Part shown: in pieces, positions 1 through 9,752 of the stretch
Layout of the letters: the number at the start of each line of letters is the position of its first letter
Position numbering within the stretch: position 1 is the stretch's first letter
Source: an uncultured Collinsella sp.
GTDB taxonomy: Bacteria; Actinomycetota; Coriobacteriia; Coriobacteriales; Coriobacteriaceae
Length of the DNA stretch: 64,000 nt
Assembly: GCA_905213265.1 (NCBI GenBank)
Contig: CAJMHR010000003.1
Location: forward strand, 5,411-69,410
Direction: 5' to 3'
Notes under the pieces: generated by a model
The model's database searches: none
Seen by the model: only the letters and a program-made list of their open reading frames with translations
Told to the model about the DNA's origin: nothing
Made by a program: the position numbers and the translations under genes

Positions 1-177
1 CATTTACCTGCTTAAAGACCGATTAGTCGGGGGATTAATAACAATCGGCCCTCGCTGTACAAAAACTTGCCGCTTGCGTACCAAAAGACAACCTAAAACA
101 CAAGGTCGCTCTATTCATAGCGCGGCTTGTATGGTCTTGCGGCTACAGTGTCCATACGGTCGAGTTGAGGAGCGGGC

Positions 178-3177
178 ATGGTAAACGATTTGAGCAGTAT
201 AGACGAGCTCGAGCTGATGCCGCTGGGCGGAGGCTATATGGTGCGACGCGAACGCTTGATGAATGAGCTTATCGCCAAGGGCAGAAAGGCCGGCATCGTG
301 GTTCTTTATGCGCCCGATGGGTTTGGGAAGACCTCGGTGCTGCTGCAGTACACCCATGAGGTTAAATGCGACCCGACGCGAGGCCCCGTGCGGATTATCG
401 AGGCCGATCGCGCCATTGGGCGTGAGGTGTTTATGCAGCTCGAGGTGGTTACCGAAGAACTCAAAGACAAGCCGCACTCCCTTATCGCGATTGATAATGT
501 GCCAAACCTCGATCAGCACGATACCGAAGACCTTATCGACAGGATTCGCGGCCTGCGCGCTATGGGGGTAGGGGTCTTTATCTCCTGCCGTCCTTCAAAT
601 CGTCAGCTGATTCATGGGCTGGGCGATTCGGTTAAGATCAATGCGCAGATGCTCAAGGTGCATGCCTATGAGTATTCGGCGTGGGCATCGGCGTTTTCGA
701 TCAGCACATCGCTCGATTTTTATCAGCTCACGCAGGGCGTGCCCGAGCTCGTTTCGGCATTGCAGACGGGTCCGTATGGCCAAGGCGACGTAGCCGGCCT
801 GCTCGAAAACGAGATTGTCAACGTATATGGCGCGGCACTTGTCGATCTGGCTTCGCTCGACAATAATGCGCTGTTTTGCGTGGCATGTCTCATGATTTTG
901 ATGGGCGAGGGCAATATCGCAGAACTCGAGGCCTGTGGGGTGAGGCTGTCGATGGTCGACCAGTCCTACTTTGTACGCGACTACCCGATCTTTGGCTTGG
1001 ATCCCGCCGAGCGGAGTTTTACGTGTCTGGGCACGGAGGATAACGGACGCTTGCGCTTGCGTAAGTTGGTGGCCGAGGTTCGCCCCGAACTTGTTCCGAG
1101 AGCGGCCCGGATTTTGCTTAAGGCGGGCCGATGCGATGCGGCGATGGGCCTGGCGGACGCCTTTTTGGACCGTGAAGCGGTCCTTGAACTTGCTGGGCAG
1201 TATGGAGTCGATCTTGCTCTGACCGGGCACGGTGCCGATATCTGCCGAGCGGCGCTGGGCACGATCGATGCCGACGATCCGGCTCCAGAGCCAACGCCTG
1301 CCGAAGCGCTTGGCGTATATCTGGCAGCGGTCAGCGTGTCCAATACAAAGCTCGCTCGCTATATGGCATCGGTTATCGAGCGCGGGGGCGAACGGGCGGC
1401 CTGCGAAATAGACCCTGTTTCATGGAGGGTGGCCCAGACACTGACGGCTGTTTGCTATGGGGACAACGGACTTGGGCTTCCTACGAACCTGGCCGTGCCA
1501 GAAATCGAGACGTCCCATACCGCACTCGATATGTTGTCTGCGCATATCGAGATCAAGCGCTGCCTGACCGAACGGGGAGATGACGGCGGCGTTCTACAGC
1601 AGCTCAAAACGAGCAAGGCCTATGACTGCGAGCTCGACATCGCGGGGATTATTATACGGGCCGATAGTATGCTGGTGGAGCTCTTTGACGGGTCGTTTGC
1701 GGGAACCGACGAGCGCGACGACGAGATGACAGTGGTGCGGGAGGCGCTCGACGTACGTGGGCTTAAGGCGATGGCTATCTGGGTGCGCATGGTGTTGGCG
1801 GCACGGCGGCTCCTTTCCGGCTTGCCGGTAACCGACGACGCGGCGTTCAACGAGCTCGATCGTTTTGCCGTGCGCATGCGCGACAACCATATTCAGCTGT
1901 TTGGCCTGTTGCTAGAAGGCTGGCAGTCGCTGGCAGAGGGACGACCGGTTAATGCAAAGTTCCGTGCGGTCCAAGTGCTCAAACTTGCCGAGGAGTCGAT
2001 TGCGTACATGCGCGATAACGCATTGCTGCTGGAGCGCGCGGCATATCTGCGTAACACTTCGATGGTTTCGGTACGCGAGGAAGCGGAGTTGCTCGATATA
2101 AGCCAGACGCAGGTTGGTGGAGCGGAGGCCTGGATGGTGGCGCTGCATTTGGCCTGTGCGGGCCGAGACAGCGACCTTGCGGCCTGGATGTCCATGAATC
2201 GCGCGGGGGTTCTAGAGCCATCGTATCGGCTCTTTGCGCGCCTTGCCATGCATTGTCTGGGCGAGCCGGCGGGCAGGATACGCAAGAAGCTTCCCGTGCG
2301 CGAGCTGTCGCGGTACTCGCTGCGCGACGATTTGGAAGGAGAGGGCGAGCGCCTGTTCCAGGCCGGCGAGGTTGAAGCCGTTGATACCATCGACCATATC
2401 GAGATTCGCATGTTTGGTGCGTTTCGCGCCGAGCGCGATGGGTTTCCCATCACGGACAAAATGTGGCGTCGCAAGAAGGCGGCGACGCTTGCCGAGCGGC
2501 TTGCGCTGGGCATGGATGCGCTCGTCGATCGTGAGACGCTGGCCATGGAGCTGTGGCCCCATGCCGAGTTTAATAGCGCCCGCAACAACCTGTACTCGAC
2601 GATATCGCGCTTGCGGTCGGCTTTGGGACCGACGCCGGATGGCAAGTCGTGCGTGCTCATCCAAAATGAATGCATTGGGCTCAACGGCGACTACGTCAAG
2701 ACCGATGTACGGCTGTTTGATCAGATAAGCCGCGAGGTTTTGGGAAATCGGACGGGTGCGCGCGGGCCCCATTTAGTTGAGCTGTGCCTTAAGATTGAGC
2801 AGCTTTATGCCGGACCGCTGTATGTTCCCAATGGCTGTAATCCCACCTACTTTTTGCGTATGCGACGCATTATGCAGTCAAAGTACATCGATTGCATGAT
2901 TAAGGGAGCAAATGCCGCTCTAGAAGAAAACGATCTGCAGTCGGCGATTTGGCTGGCGGAGTCGGGGCTTCGGCAGGAAACGGCGCGCGAGGATATGGTG
3001 CGCTGCGCCATGCGCGTCTACAGTGCGGCGGGGCGGCGGCGCGATATTGTCGAGCTGTACAGCGGGCATATGCACCATCTGAGGGAGCAGGTCAATGGCG
3101 TGCCCGAGCCCGAGACGCGGCGTCTATACGAGCGCTTGGTGGAGGGACGGCTCAATCGCGTGCTTGTCGAGCGATAA
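178..3177 (+). CDS. Large ATPase-domain transcriptional regulator. It has a C-terminal winged-helix (OmpR/SARP-type) DNA-binding domain followed by a BTAD/TPR-like domain.
   Basis: 999-aa ORF. N-terminal P-loop-like GFGKTS. The C-terminal segment (aa ~800-999) has an OmpR/PhoB-type motif (MFGAF...LGPTPDGKSCV...GYxLN) followed by helical repeats typical of AfsR/SARP BTAD. Confidence 0.55.
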   Translation: MVNDLSSIDELELMPLGGGYMVRRERLMNELIAKGRKAGIVVLYAPDGFGKTSVLLQYTHEVKCDPTRGPVRIIEADRAIGREVFMQLEVVTEELKDKPHSLIAIDNVPNLDQHDTEDLIDRIRGLRAMGVGVFISCRPSNRQLIHGLGDSVKINAQMLKVHAYEYSAWASAFSISTSLDFYQLTQGVPELVSALQTGPYGQGDVAGLLENEIVNVYGAALVDLASLDNNALFCVACLMILMGEGNIAELEACGVRLSMVDQSYFVRDYPIFGLDPAERSFTCLGTEDNGRLRLRKLVAEVRPELVPRAARILLKAGRCDAAMGLADAFLDREAVLELAGQYGVDLALTGHGADICRAALGTIDADDPAPEPTPAEALGVYLAAVSVSNTKLARYMASVIERGGERAACEIDPVSWRVAQTLTAVCYGDNGLGLPTNLAVPEIETSHTALDMLSAHIEIKRCLTERGDDGGVLQQLKTSKAYDCELDIAGIIIRADSMLVELFDGSFAGTDERDDEMTVVREALDVRGLKAMAIWVRMVLAARRLLSGLPVTDDAAFNELDRFAVRMRDNHIQLFGLLLEGWQSLAEGRPVNAKFRAVQVLKLAEESIAYMRDNALLLERAAYLRNTSMVSVREEAELLDISQTQVGGAEAWMVALHLACAGRDSDLAAWMSMNRAGVLEPSYRLFARLAMHCLGEPAGRIRKKLPVRELSRYSLRDDLEGEGERLFQAGEVEAVDTIDHIEIRMFGAFRAERDGFPITDKMWRRKKAATLAERLALGMDALVDRETLAMELWPHAEFNSARNNLYSTISRLRSALGPTPDGKSCVLIQNECIGLNGDYVKTDVRLFDQISREVLGNRTGARGPHLVELCLKIEQLYAGPLYVPNGCNPTYFLRMRRIMQSKYIDCMIKGANAALEENDLQSAIWLAESGLRQETAREDMVRCAMRVYSAAGRRRDIVELYSGHMHHLREQVNGVPEPETRRLYERLVEGRLNRVLVER

Positions 3178-3235
3178 AAAACGGGCGCCCGAATCAATCG
3201 GACGCCCGCAGACTACTCGGTATGGCCAGTCAGTT

Positions 3236-3535
3236 TTAGACGAGCTTGATCTTCTCGATGTCCTTGCGCGAGGACTCGCGATACAGCGAGAACTTGCGGC
3301 CGATGACCTGGACGACCTCGGCGTGGCAACGCTCGGCGAGCTCCTCGGCGGCTTCGCGGGCGGAAAGGCTGGAGCCATCGAGCACGGAGCACTTAACGAG
3401 CTCGTGCTTCTCCAGGTAGGCGACCGTCTGCTCGACGGTGCCCTCGTTGACATCGGACTTGCCGATGATGATGGCGGGGTTGAGGTGATGGGCCATGCTG
3501 CGAAGCTGCTTGACCTGGGCTCCTGTCAGTGCCAT
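3236..3535 (-). CDS. yhbY: YhbY/CRS1 (CRM-domain) RNA-binding ribosome-assembly protein
   Basis: 99-aa ORF. It carries the conserved LTGAQ(K)xLRxxAHHLxP...GKxGV and LEKHELVKxxVL motifs characteristic of YhbY. Confidence 0.7.
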   Translation of the reverse strand: MALTGAQVKQLRSMAHHLNPAIIIGKSDVNEGTVEQTVAYLEKHELVKCSVLDGSSLSAREAAEELAERCHAEVVQVIGRKFSLYRESSRKDIEKIKLV

Positions 3536-3716
3536 GGGTTCTCGCTTTCTATGTATGGGGCGCCCCGCGACGGGGCCTTAATCTACGTGAGCTGTCCCAC
3601 GATAGCGCAGGAACGGCGCGGTGTGGACCGCGTTTGCCCAGTTCAAAAAGAATGCGGATGCCGAGTGAGTGGGCGGTGCGGGCTGCAAGCGGGTAGGCGG
3701 CGCGGGTGCAATTGGG

Positions 3717-4664
3717 CTACAGGCGGTTCGCAGAAACTGGCGTCCAGGCAATAAAGGCCCAGCGGACCTTACGGATATGGTCGAGCATGTAGCGTCCCTG
3801 CGGCACGCCCTTGGACCCCGGCTCGCCGGCATGGGGATTCTCGACCATGTGCTGGGCGATGTAGTCGCGCAGACGGTCGATTTTATCCTCGTTGCCATGT
3901 TCGAGCATACGGGAGAAGTCCGCTACGCCCGCCTCAAGGCTATCGAAGGTGTCGCGACGAGGCGATTCAAAGTACGTAACCTGCGGCAGGGCACCCATCT
4001 GAATGAGAATGTTAAAGGCATACACAAAGCCATTACTGCAGGTAACCGAGGCGCCGATGGCGTTCATCACGTGCAGGTCATAGCGCGGGCTGGAGTTGGC
4101 GACCATTGTGACAGCACAACGCCGGCGAGCCGTGCGGTCGAGCTTGGCAAGCGCGCCTTTTAGGTCATTTGTGGTGACGGAACGACTGGCAAAGGCAACA
4201 TCCACAGTCTTGGCAACCGGCCCAACCAAATCCCAATCATCGTCCCAAGCAAGCTCAAGCGGCGTAATCAGGTCCTCGAGCCCATAGTACTCAATGCCAG
4301 CATCTAGGGTGCCCAACATGGCAGGGGAAAAGTCAGCGGCAATCACGGGATGCCCGTCTTGCGCAAGCGGAATAGCAATCGATCCAGCCCCACACCCCAT
4401 ATCAAGCACCGACTCACCAGGTTCAAGCGCCAACAGCTTTATAAAATCCCGAGCATACGGGGCAGTCTCCAATGGCCGAAAATGCCGAGCACGCTTATCC
4501 CATTCAAAAGAATCATCAGCCCGATGCCGAGCGGCCTGCAGACGCATCCATTCGCCATTCCAATCAGCAGAAAGAAGCTCAGAGCGAGCATCCCCATCAA
4601 CCACGGGCCAACCTCCTAGCAACAAAAAAGCGACCCCTCCCAAAAGAAGAGCCGCAACCAGCAT
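3717..4664 (-). CDS. Class I SAM-dependent methyltransferase. The start is uncertain and may be the internal M near 4547.
   Basis: Motif I VLDMGCGAGSIA and the following acidic D (AADFS) of the Rossmann MTase fold. The N-terminal 39 aa are hydrophobic and may not be translated. Confidence 0.6.
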   Translation of the reverse strand: MLVAALLLGGVAFLLLGGWPVVDGDARSELLSADWNGEWMRLQAARHRADDSFEWDKRARHFRPLETAPYARDFIKLLALEPGESVLDMGCGAGSIAIPLAQDGHPVIAADFSPAMLGTLDAGIEYYGLEDLITPLELAWDDDWDLVGPVAKTVDVAFASRSVTTNDLKGALAKLDRTARRRCAVTMVANSSPRYDLHVMNAIGASVTCSNGFVYAFNILIQMGALPQVTYFESPRRDTFDSLEAGVADFSRMLEHGNEDKIDRLRDYIAQHMVENPHAGEPGSKGVPQGRYMLDHIRKVRWAFIAWTPVSANRL

Positions 4665-4760
4665 ATATCAGAAAAGAATCGTTCCAACACCAAACCGCCC
4701 TCACAACCAAGGCGGGCAGGAGCGAAGCGACTGCCATACGGGATAGAACTCAACTGAGGC

Positions 4761-4895
4761 CCCGTTGTGCGGGAGCCCCGGGGAGGGCAAATATATAAGG
4801 TCGATCGCGAGTTCCGCACGAGCCGGAGAGCACTTAATGTGCTCTCCGTGCGAGTCAGGACTGTTCGAGCGATCGACCTTATATATTTGCCCTCC
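4761..4895. repeat. Perfect ~37-bp inverted repeat around a 60-bp spacer that contains an inner palindrome. The arms are 4761-4798 and 4859-4895.
   Basis: Arm 1 GGGAGCCCCGGGGAGGGCAAATATATAAGGTCGATCGC is the exact reverse complement of arm 2. The spacer holds GGAGAGCACTTAATGTGCTCTCC. It lies between the DUF711 gene and the methyltransferase gene. Confidence 0.8.
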
Positions 4896-4922
4896 CCGGG
4901 GCTCCTCGCCAGTCCCCCTCAG

Positions 4923-6287
4923 CTAGTTCTTGAGCGAGTTCAGCGGCGCCGGGAAGCGTCCACCACGGTGGGCAAGCACGGTGCCGGCGTTGGGGTTCAC
5001 CGGCATGATGGGTGCACGGCCAAACAGGCCGCCATACTCGACGCAGTCGCCCACGCCCTTGCCGATGGCAGGAATCACGCGCACGGCCGTGGTCTTGTTG
5101 TTGATGACGCCAATGGCCATCTCGTCGGCGATGATGCCGGCGATGGTCTCGACCGGGGTGTCGCCGGGGATGGCGATCATGTCCAGGCCGACGGAGCACA
5201 CGCAGGTCATGGCCTCGAGCTTCTCGAGCGAAAGCGCGCCGGCCTCGACGGCGGCAATCATGCCGGCGTCCTCGGACACGGGGATAAAGGCGCCGGAGAG
5301 ACCGCCCACGCTGGAGCTGGCCATGACGCCGCCCTTCTTGACGGCATCGTTGAGCATGGCGAGCGCACAGGTCGTGCCGGGGCCACCGCAGGTGCCCACG
5401 CCGATGATCTCGAGGATGCGCGCGACGGAGTCGCCGATGGCGGGCGTGGGAGCCAGCGACAGGTCGACAATGCCCTTCTCGACACCCAGGCGATGGGCGG
5501 CCTCGCGGCTCATGAGCTCGCCGGCGCGGGTGATCTTAAAGGCGGTCTGCTTAATCTTCTCGGCGACTTCCATCATCGATGCGGAATCGGGCAGCGTCTC
5601 CAGGGCTGCGGCCATAACGCCGGGGCCCGAGACGCCTACGTTGATGACGGCGTCGGCCTCGCCACCGCCGTGGACGGCGCCCGCCATAAACGGGGAGTCC
5701 TCGACCATGTTGGCAAAGCAGACAAACTTGGAAGCGCCGACGGAATCCTGATCGGCCGTGAGCTTGGCGGCATCGATGATGGTCTGGGCGGCCATAAGCA
5801 CGGCGTCCATGTTGATGCCGGCGCGCAGGCTGGCGACGTTGACACTGGAGCAGACACGGCTGGTGGTAGCGAGCGCCTGGGGGATGGACTGGATGACGCG
5901 GCGGTCGGCGTCGCCGATGCCCTTCTGGACGAGTGCGGAGAAGCCGCCCAGGTAATCGATGCCGAGCGTCTCGGCCGCGCGGTCGAGGGCGTGCGCGATG
6001 GGGGTGAGGTCCTCATCCTTGCAGCACGCGGCGATCTGCGCCACCGGGGTGACGGAAACGCGCTTGTTGACGATGGGGATACCGTACTCGCGCTCGAGGT
6101 TCTCGGCGGTCTTGACCAAGTGCTCAGCCGTGTGCGTCACGTGGTCGTAGATCTTCGTGCACATGCGGTCGAGGTTCTCGTCGCCGCAACCCATGAGCGA
6201 AACACCCATGGTGATGGTCCTGATGTCGAGGTTCTGCTCCTCAACCATGCCGCGGGTTTCCGCGATTTCTGCGGGCGTGATCGCCAT
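4923..6287 (-). CDS. DUF711/UPF0210-family protein (PFL-like fold). The start is set at the internal [13 protein letters not shown], which has an AGGAG RBS.
   Basis: The N-terminal [25 protein letters not shown] and overall Gly-rich pattern match the UPF0210 family. The RBS AGGAGCG precedes the ATG at 6287. Confidence 0.6.
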   Translation of the reverse strand: MAITPAEIAETRGMVEEQNLDIRTITMGVSLMGCGDENLDRMCTKIYDHVTHTAEHLVKTAENLEREYGIPIVNKRVSVTPVAQIAACCKDEDLTPIAHALDRAAETLGIDYLGGFSALVQKGIGDADRRVIQSIPQALATTSRVCSSVNVASLRAGINMDAVLMAAQTIIDAAKLTADQDSVGASKFVCFANMVEDSPFMAGAVHGGGEADAVINVGVSGPGVMAAALETLPDSASMMEVAEKIKQTAFKITRAGELMSREAAHRLGVEKGIVDLSLAPTPAIGDSVARILEIIGVGTCGGPGTTCALAMLNDAVKKGGVMASSSVGGLSGAFIPVSEDAGMIAAVEAGALSLEKLEAMTCVCSVGLDMIAIPGDTPVETIAGIIADEMAIGVINNKTTAVRVIPAIGKGVGDCVEYGGLFGRAPIMPVNPNAGTVLAHRGGRFPAPLNSLKN

Positions 6288-6395
6288 CCTTGCGCTCCTA
6301 TCTGCCAAAACGAGCATAGTCTTTTCTATTTTAACGTGCCGCACGTGCCAAATGGCGCGCGCGGCACGTTTTGGTGCTCGGTTGTTTCCGTTGTG

Positions 6396-8954
6396 TTACT
6401 GTCCAAAGACCTCTTCGGCGATACGAGCGCTTTCGGCGGCGTCCTTGGCGTAGTAGTCCGCGCCGATTTGCTTGGCGTATTCGGGGGTGAGTACGGCGCC
6501 GCCCACGATGATCTTGACGCCCGGAACCTCGGCATGGAGCAGCTTGATGGTCTCCTCCATGGCCACGACGGTGGTGGTCATAAGCGCCGAGAGGCCGACG
6601 AGCTTAATGTCACGCTCCTGCACGGTCTTGAGCACCTCTTGCGGGTCGACGTCGCGGCCTAGGTCAAAGACGGTGTAGCCGTAGTTATCGAGCAGCATTT
6701 TGACGATGTTCTTGCCAATGTCGTGGATGTCGCCCTTGACGGTCGCCACGCAGATCTTGCCCTTGTCGGCAATCTCGCCGGCGGGCATCAGGCGCTTGAT
6801 GGTGTCGAAGCCCACGCGCGCGGCTTCGGCCGAGGCCATAAGCTGCGGCAAGAAGAACTTGCCCTGGTCAAAGAGGACGCCAACCTCGTCGAGGGCGGGG
6901 ATAAAGTGATTGTTGATGAGGTCCATAGCGTCGTGGTCTGTCAGCAGACGCTCGGTCTCGGCAGCGATCTCGCCTTTGCGGCCCGAGACGACCATGCGGC
7001 GAATCGGGTCGTCGTTGCCGTCGGTGCCGGGGGCGCTTGCGGCAGGTGCGGCGTCGCTCGATGCTGCCTGAGCTGCCGCCGGGTTCGCGGCGATCTTGTA
7101 CGGATCGGTCCAGCCGGCGTAACGCTCGATGTATCCGGTCGAGCCCTCGTCCTCAACGCTCAGGACGCGATAGCTGTAGACGGTATCCATAAAGCGCTTG
7201 GAGCCCGGGTTCATGATGGGGGCATCAAGACCTGCGCCAAAAGCGGCAGCCAAAAAGACCGAGCCCAGCAGCGGGCGGGCAGGCAGGCCAAAGCTGATGT
7301 TCGACACGCCGAGCGCGCATTTGACGCCCAGGCGCTCCTTGCACAGGGACATGGCGCGCAGGATCTGCTCGGCCTGGCGTTGATTGGTCGAGGCGGTCAT
7401 GACCAGGCAGTCAATGAGGATGCGGTCCGGTCCGATGCCGTAGCGGGCGGCCTCGGCCACGATGCGCTCAGCGATTGCGAAGCGAGCCTCGGCGGTATCG
7501 GGGATGCCGCCTTCGTCGAGCGTGAGACCGACAACGTTGGTGCCGTAGTGGGCGACCAGTGGAAAGATCTCATCCATGATCTGCTGCTTGCCATTGACCG
7601 AGTTGATGATGGGCTTGCCGGCGTAGCGGCGCACGGCGGCCTCGACAGCGGCGGGGTCGGTGGAGTCGATCTGCAGCGGCAGCAGCGTGGAGCCCTGGAG
7701 CTGTTCGGTTGCCTGTTGAATGATCTTGACCTCGTCGATCTCGGGCAGGCCCACGTTGACGTCCAGGATGTCGGCGCCCTGCTCCTGCTGGCTGATGCCC
7801 TGGCTCACGACGTAGTCCAGGTCGCCATCGCGCAGGGCCTGCTGCAGCCGCTTTTTGCCGGTGGGGTTGATGCGCTCGCCGATGACAGCGATCTTGTGGC
7901 CGTCGCAGGGAAGGTCCACGACCGTTTGGGCGCTCGTGACCGACATGCTGGGCTTGCGGCGGCGCGGGCTGGGCGTGTGGTTGTCGATGAGCGTGCGCAA
8001 GGCCGCCATGTGCGCCGGCGTGGTGCCGCAGCAGCCGCCCACGACGCTCACGCCGTCGGCGATCATGCCGGCAACGGCCTCGGCGTACTCGGGCGCCTGG
8101 ATATCAAAGACGGTGTTGCCGTCGTCGTCCACGTGGGGGAGTCCCGCATTGGCCTGCACCATAACGGGTTTGTCGGTAACGGTGAGCATACGTGCGGCGA
8201 GTCCTCGGAGCTCGGCCGGTCCCTGGCTGCAGTTGATGCCCAAAACGTCGGCGCCGATGGCATCGAGCGTGATGGCGGCCACCTCGGGACTCGTGCCCAG
8301 GAAGGTGCGACCGTCTTCCTCAAAGGTCATAGTGGCAAAGACGGGCAGGTCGGAGTTCTCGCGGCAGGCGAGGACGGCCGCCTTGATCTCGGCCAGGTCG
8401 GTCATAGTCTCGATAATAAAGAGGTCCACGCCTGCATCGACGCCGGCGCGCACCTCCTCGGCAAAGAGGTCATAGGCCTCGTCAAAGCTGAGGGTGCCCA
8501 AGGGGCGAAGCAGTGCGCCGATGGGGCCGATGTCACCGGCGACGTAGCGGGCGCCGGCCTCGCGGGCACAGGTGACGGCCGCGGCAAAGACGTCTGCCAC
8601 GGTGGCGGCACCGTCGAGCTTGTGGGCATTGGCGCCAAAGGTGTTGGCGGTGATCACATCGCAGCCGGCCTCGACGTATTGGCGCTGAATGTCGGTAATG
8701 ACCTGGGGCTCCTCAAAGTTGAGCAGCTCGGGCAGGGCGCCGGCCTTCATGCCGGCCGCTTGCAACATGGTGCCCATGCCGCCGTCGAACAGCAGGTGTC
8801 CCGTGCCCTCGATGGCGGCACGCAGGCGGTCATCCTTAATGCGCAGGTCGTCGATCGTTCGCGTCTTGTATGCGGCGCCGTTGCAGCGCGCGGCATCAAC
8901 GGGTGCCGCCAATGCAGTGCCGTCAGAATCATGAGTGATAAGCGGAGTAAACAT
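6396..8954 (-). CDS. metH: Cobalamin-dependent methionine synthase MetH. This is the short form, with Hcy-binding, pterin-binding and B12-binding domains but no C-terminal reactivation domain.
   Basis: 852 aa. The homocysteine S-methyltransferase N-terminus is LFDGGMGTML. The B12-binding motif is GDIHDIGKNIV (DxHxxG). It ends after the B12 domain. Confidence 0.8.
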   Translation of the reverse strand: MFTPLITHDSDGTALAAPVDAARCNGAAYKTRTIDDLRIKDDRLRAAIEGTGHLLFDGGMGTMLQAAGMKAGALPELLNFEEPQVITDIQRQYVEAGCDVITANTFGANAHKLDGAATVADVFAAAVTCAREAGARYVAGDIGPIGALLRPLGTLSFDEAYDLFAEEVRAGVDAGVDLFIIETMTDLAEIKAAVLACRENSDLPVFATMTFEEDGRTFLGTSPEVAAITLDAIGADVLGINCSQGPAELRGLAARMLTVTDKPVMVQANAGLPHVDDDGNTVFDIQAPEYAEAVAGMIADGVSVVGGCCGTTPAHMAALRTLIDNHTPSPRRRKPSMSVTSAQTVVDLPCDGHKIAVIGERINPTGKKRLQQALRDGDLDYVVSQGISQQEQGADILDVNVGLPEIDEVKIIQQATEQLQGSTLLPLQIDSTDPAAVEAAVRRYAGKPIINSVNGKQQIMDEIFPLVAHYGTNVVGLTLDEGGIPDTAEARFAIAERIVAEAARYGIGPDRILIDCLVMTASTNQRQAEQILRAMSLCKERLGVKCALGVSNISFGLPARPLLGSVFLAAAFGAGLDAPIMNPGSKRFMDTVYSYRVLSVEDEGSTGYIERYAGWTDPYKIAANPAAAQAASSDAAPAASAPGTDGNDDPIRRMVVSGRKGEIAAETERLLTDHDAMDLINNHFIPALDEVGVLFDQGKFFLPQLMASAEAARVGFDTIKRLMPAGEIADKGKICVATVKGDIHDIGKNIVKMLLDNYGYTVFDLGRDVDPQEVLKTVQERDIKLVGLSALMTTTVVAMEETIKLLHAEVPGVKIIVGGAVLTPEYAKQIGADYYAKDAAESARIAEEVFGQ

Positions 8955-8963
8955 CGAGGGCTC

Positions 8964-9752
8964 CTAATGGCTGGAATAGCAGGTGGTGTGGGCGGCGCGG
9001 AAGCGGCAGTGCTCGCGCATGCGGCAGATATTGCAGGTGGGGCGGCTCTGGGCGTCGTGGACCTCGCCGTCGAATAGGCCGATCACCGCGGTCACGCTTT
9101 TGGTGGGCATGAGCAGGCTGGTGGGTGTGACGGTAAGCCCGATGAGCCGCGTGGCGTTGAGCGCATTGACGATCGAGCGCTGGGCCGAGAGCGGGCAGTC
9201 GCCGTAACCGGGACTAAAGCGCCAGTTGCCGGCGAGCCCATGACCGTCGGCGTCCGTCTTGACCTGCTGGTCCATTTGCTCAACGGCGGCTTCCACGTAA
9301 GCGGAGCACGCGGCGTCGAGCACGGCGCCCTCCAGGGGATGTTGGGCTCCCGTGGTGCGCAGGCGACGCTCGGCGTCCATGCCGAGGGTGCATGCCATGA
9401 GCGCGGCAAAGCGGGCATCTTTGAGATGTCGATAGATATCGCGACCTCGCAGCTCAACGTTGGTTCCGACCAAGTGAATGCAAGGCTCACTTTGTTCGTC
9501 CACGCCCGTGGCATCGACGGCAAACACGCGGCGCACGCCACGGGGCTCAATGTCAAGTTCCAGACGCTCGACCACAAGCTCAATACGTCGTGACAGCTCG
9601 GGTTCAATCTGCTGGCCGCCGTAACCCAGATACCGCAGCATCTCGGCACGGTCGACACGGGGATGGTGCGCAGCATCGACACGGTAAAGCGCCGGCGACG
9701 CAAGGTCGGCCGGCACTTCGACAGCGGTTGTATCGATGTGCGGTTTTTCCAT
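8964..9752 (-). CDS. Stand-alone MetH reactivation (AdoMet-binding activation) domain protein
   Basis: 262 aa from MEKPHIDTT. Its position between metF and the truncated metH, and its size, fit the Met_synt_B12 activation domain. Its ATG overlaps the metF stop (TAATG). Confidence 0.55.
   Translation of the reverse strand: MEKPHIDTTAVEVPADLASPALYRVDAAHHPRVDRAEMLRYLGYGGQQIEPELSRRIELVVERLELDIEPRGVRRVFAVDATGVDEQSEPCIHLVGTNVELRGRDIYRHLKDARFAALMACTLGMDAERRLRTTGAQHPLEGAVLDAACSAYVEAAVEQMDQQVKTDADGHGLAGNWRFSPGYGDCPLSAQRSIVNALNATRLIGLTVTPTSLLMPTKSVTAVIGLFDGEVHDAQSRPTCNICRMREHCRFRAAHTTCYSSH

Noticed and set aside
4767-6662. 631-aa plus-strand ORF, Gly/Ala/Asp/His-rich
   Set aside because: It is antisense to the DUF711 gene and has low-complexity composition typical of high-GC antisense frames. 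The same applies to the long ORFs at 6723..9077 (+), 11000..13024 (-), 13534..14730 (+), 31692..33929 (+) and 29537..30409 (+).
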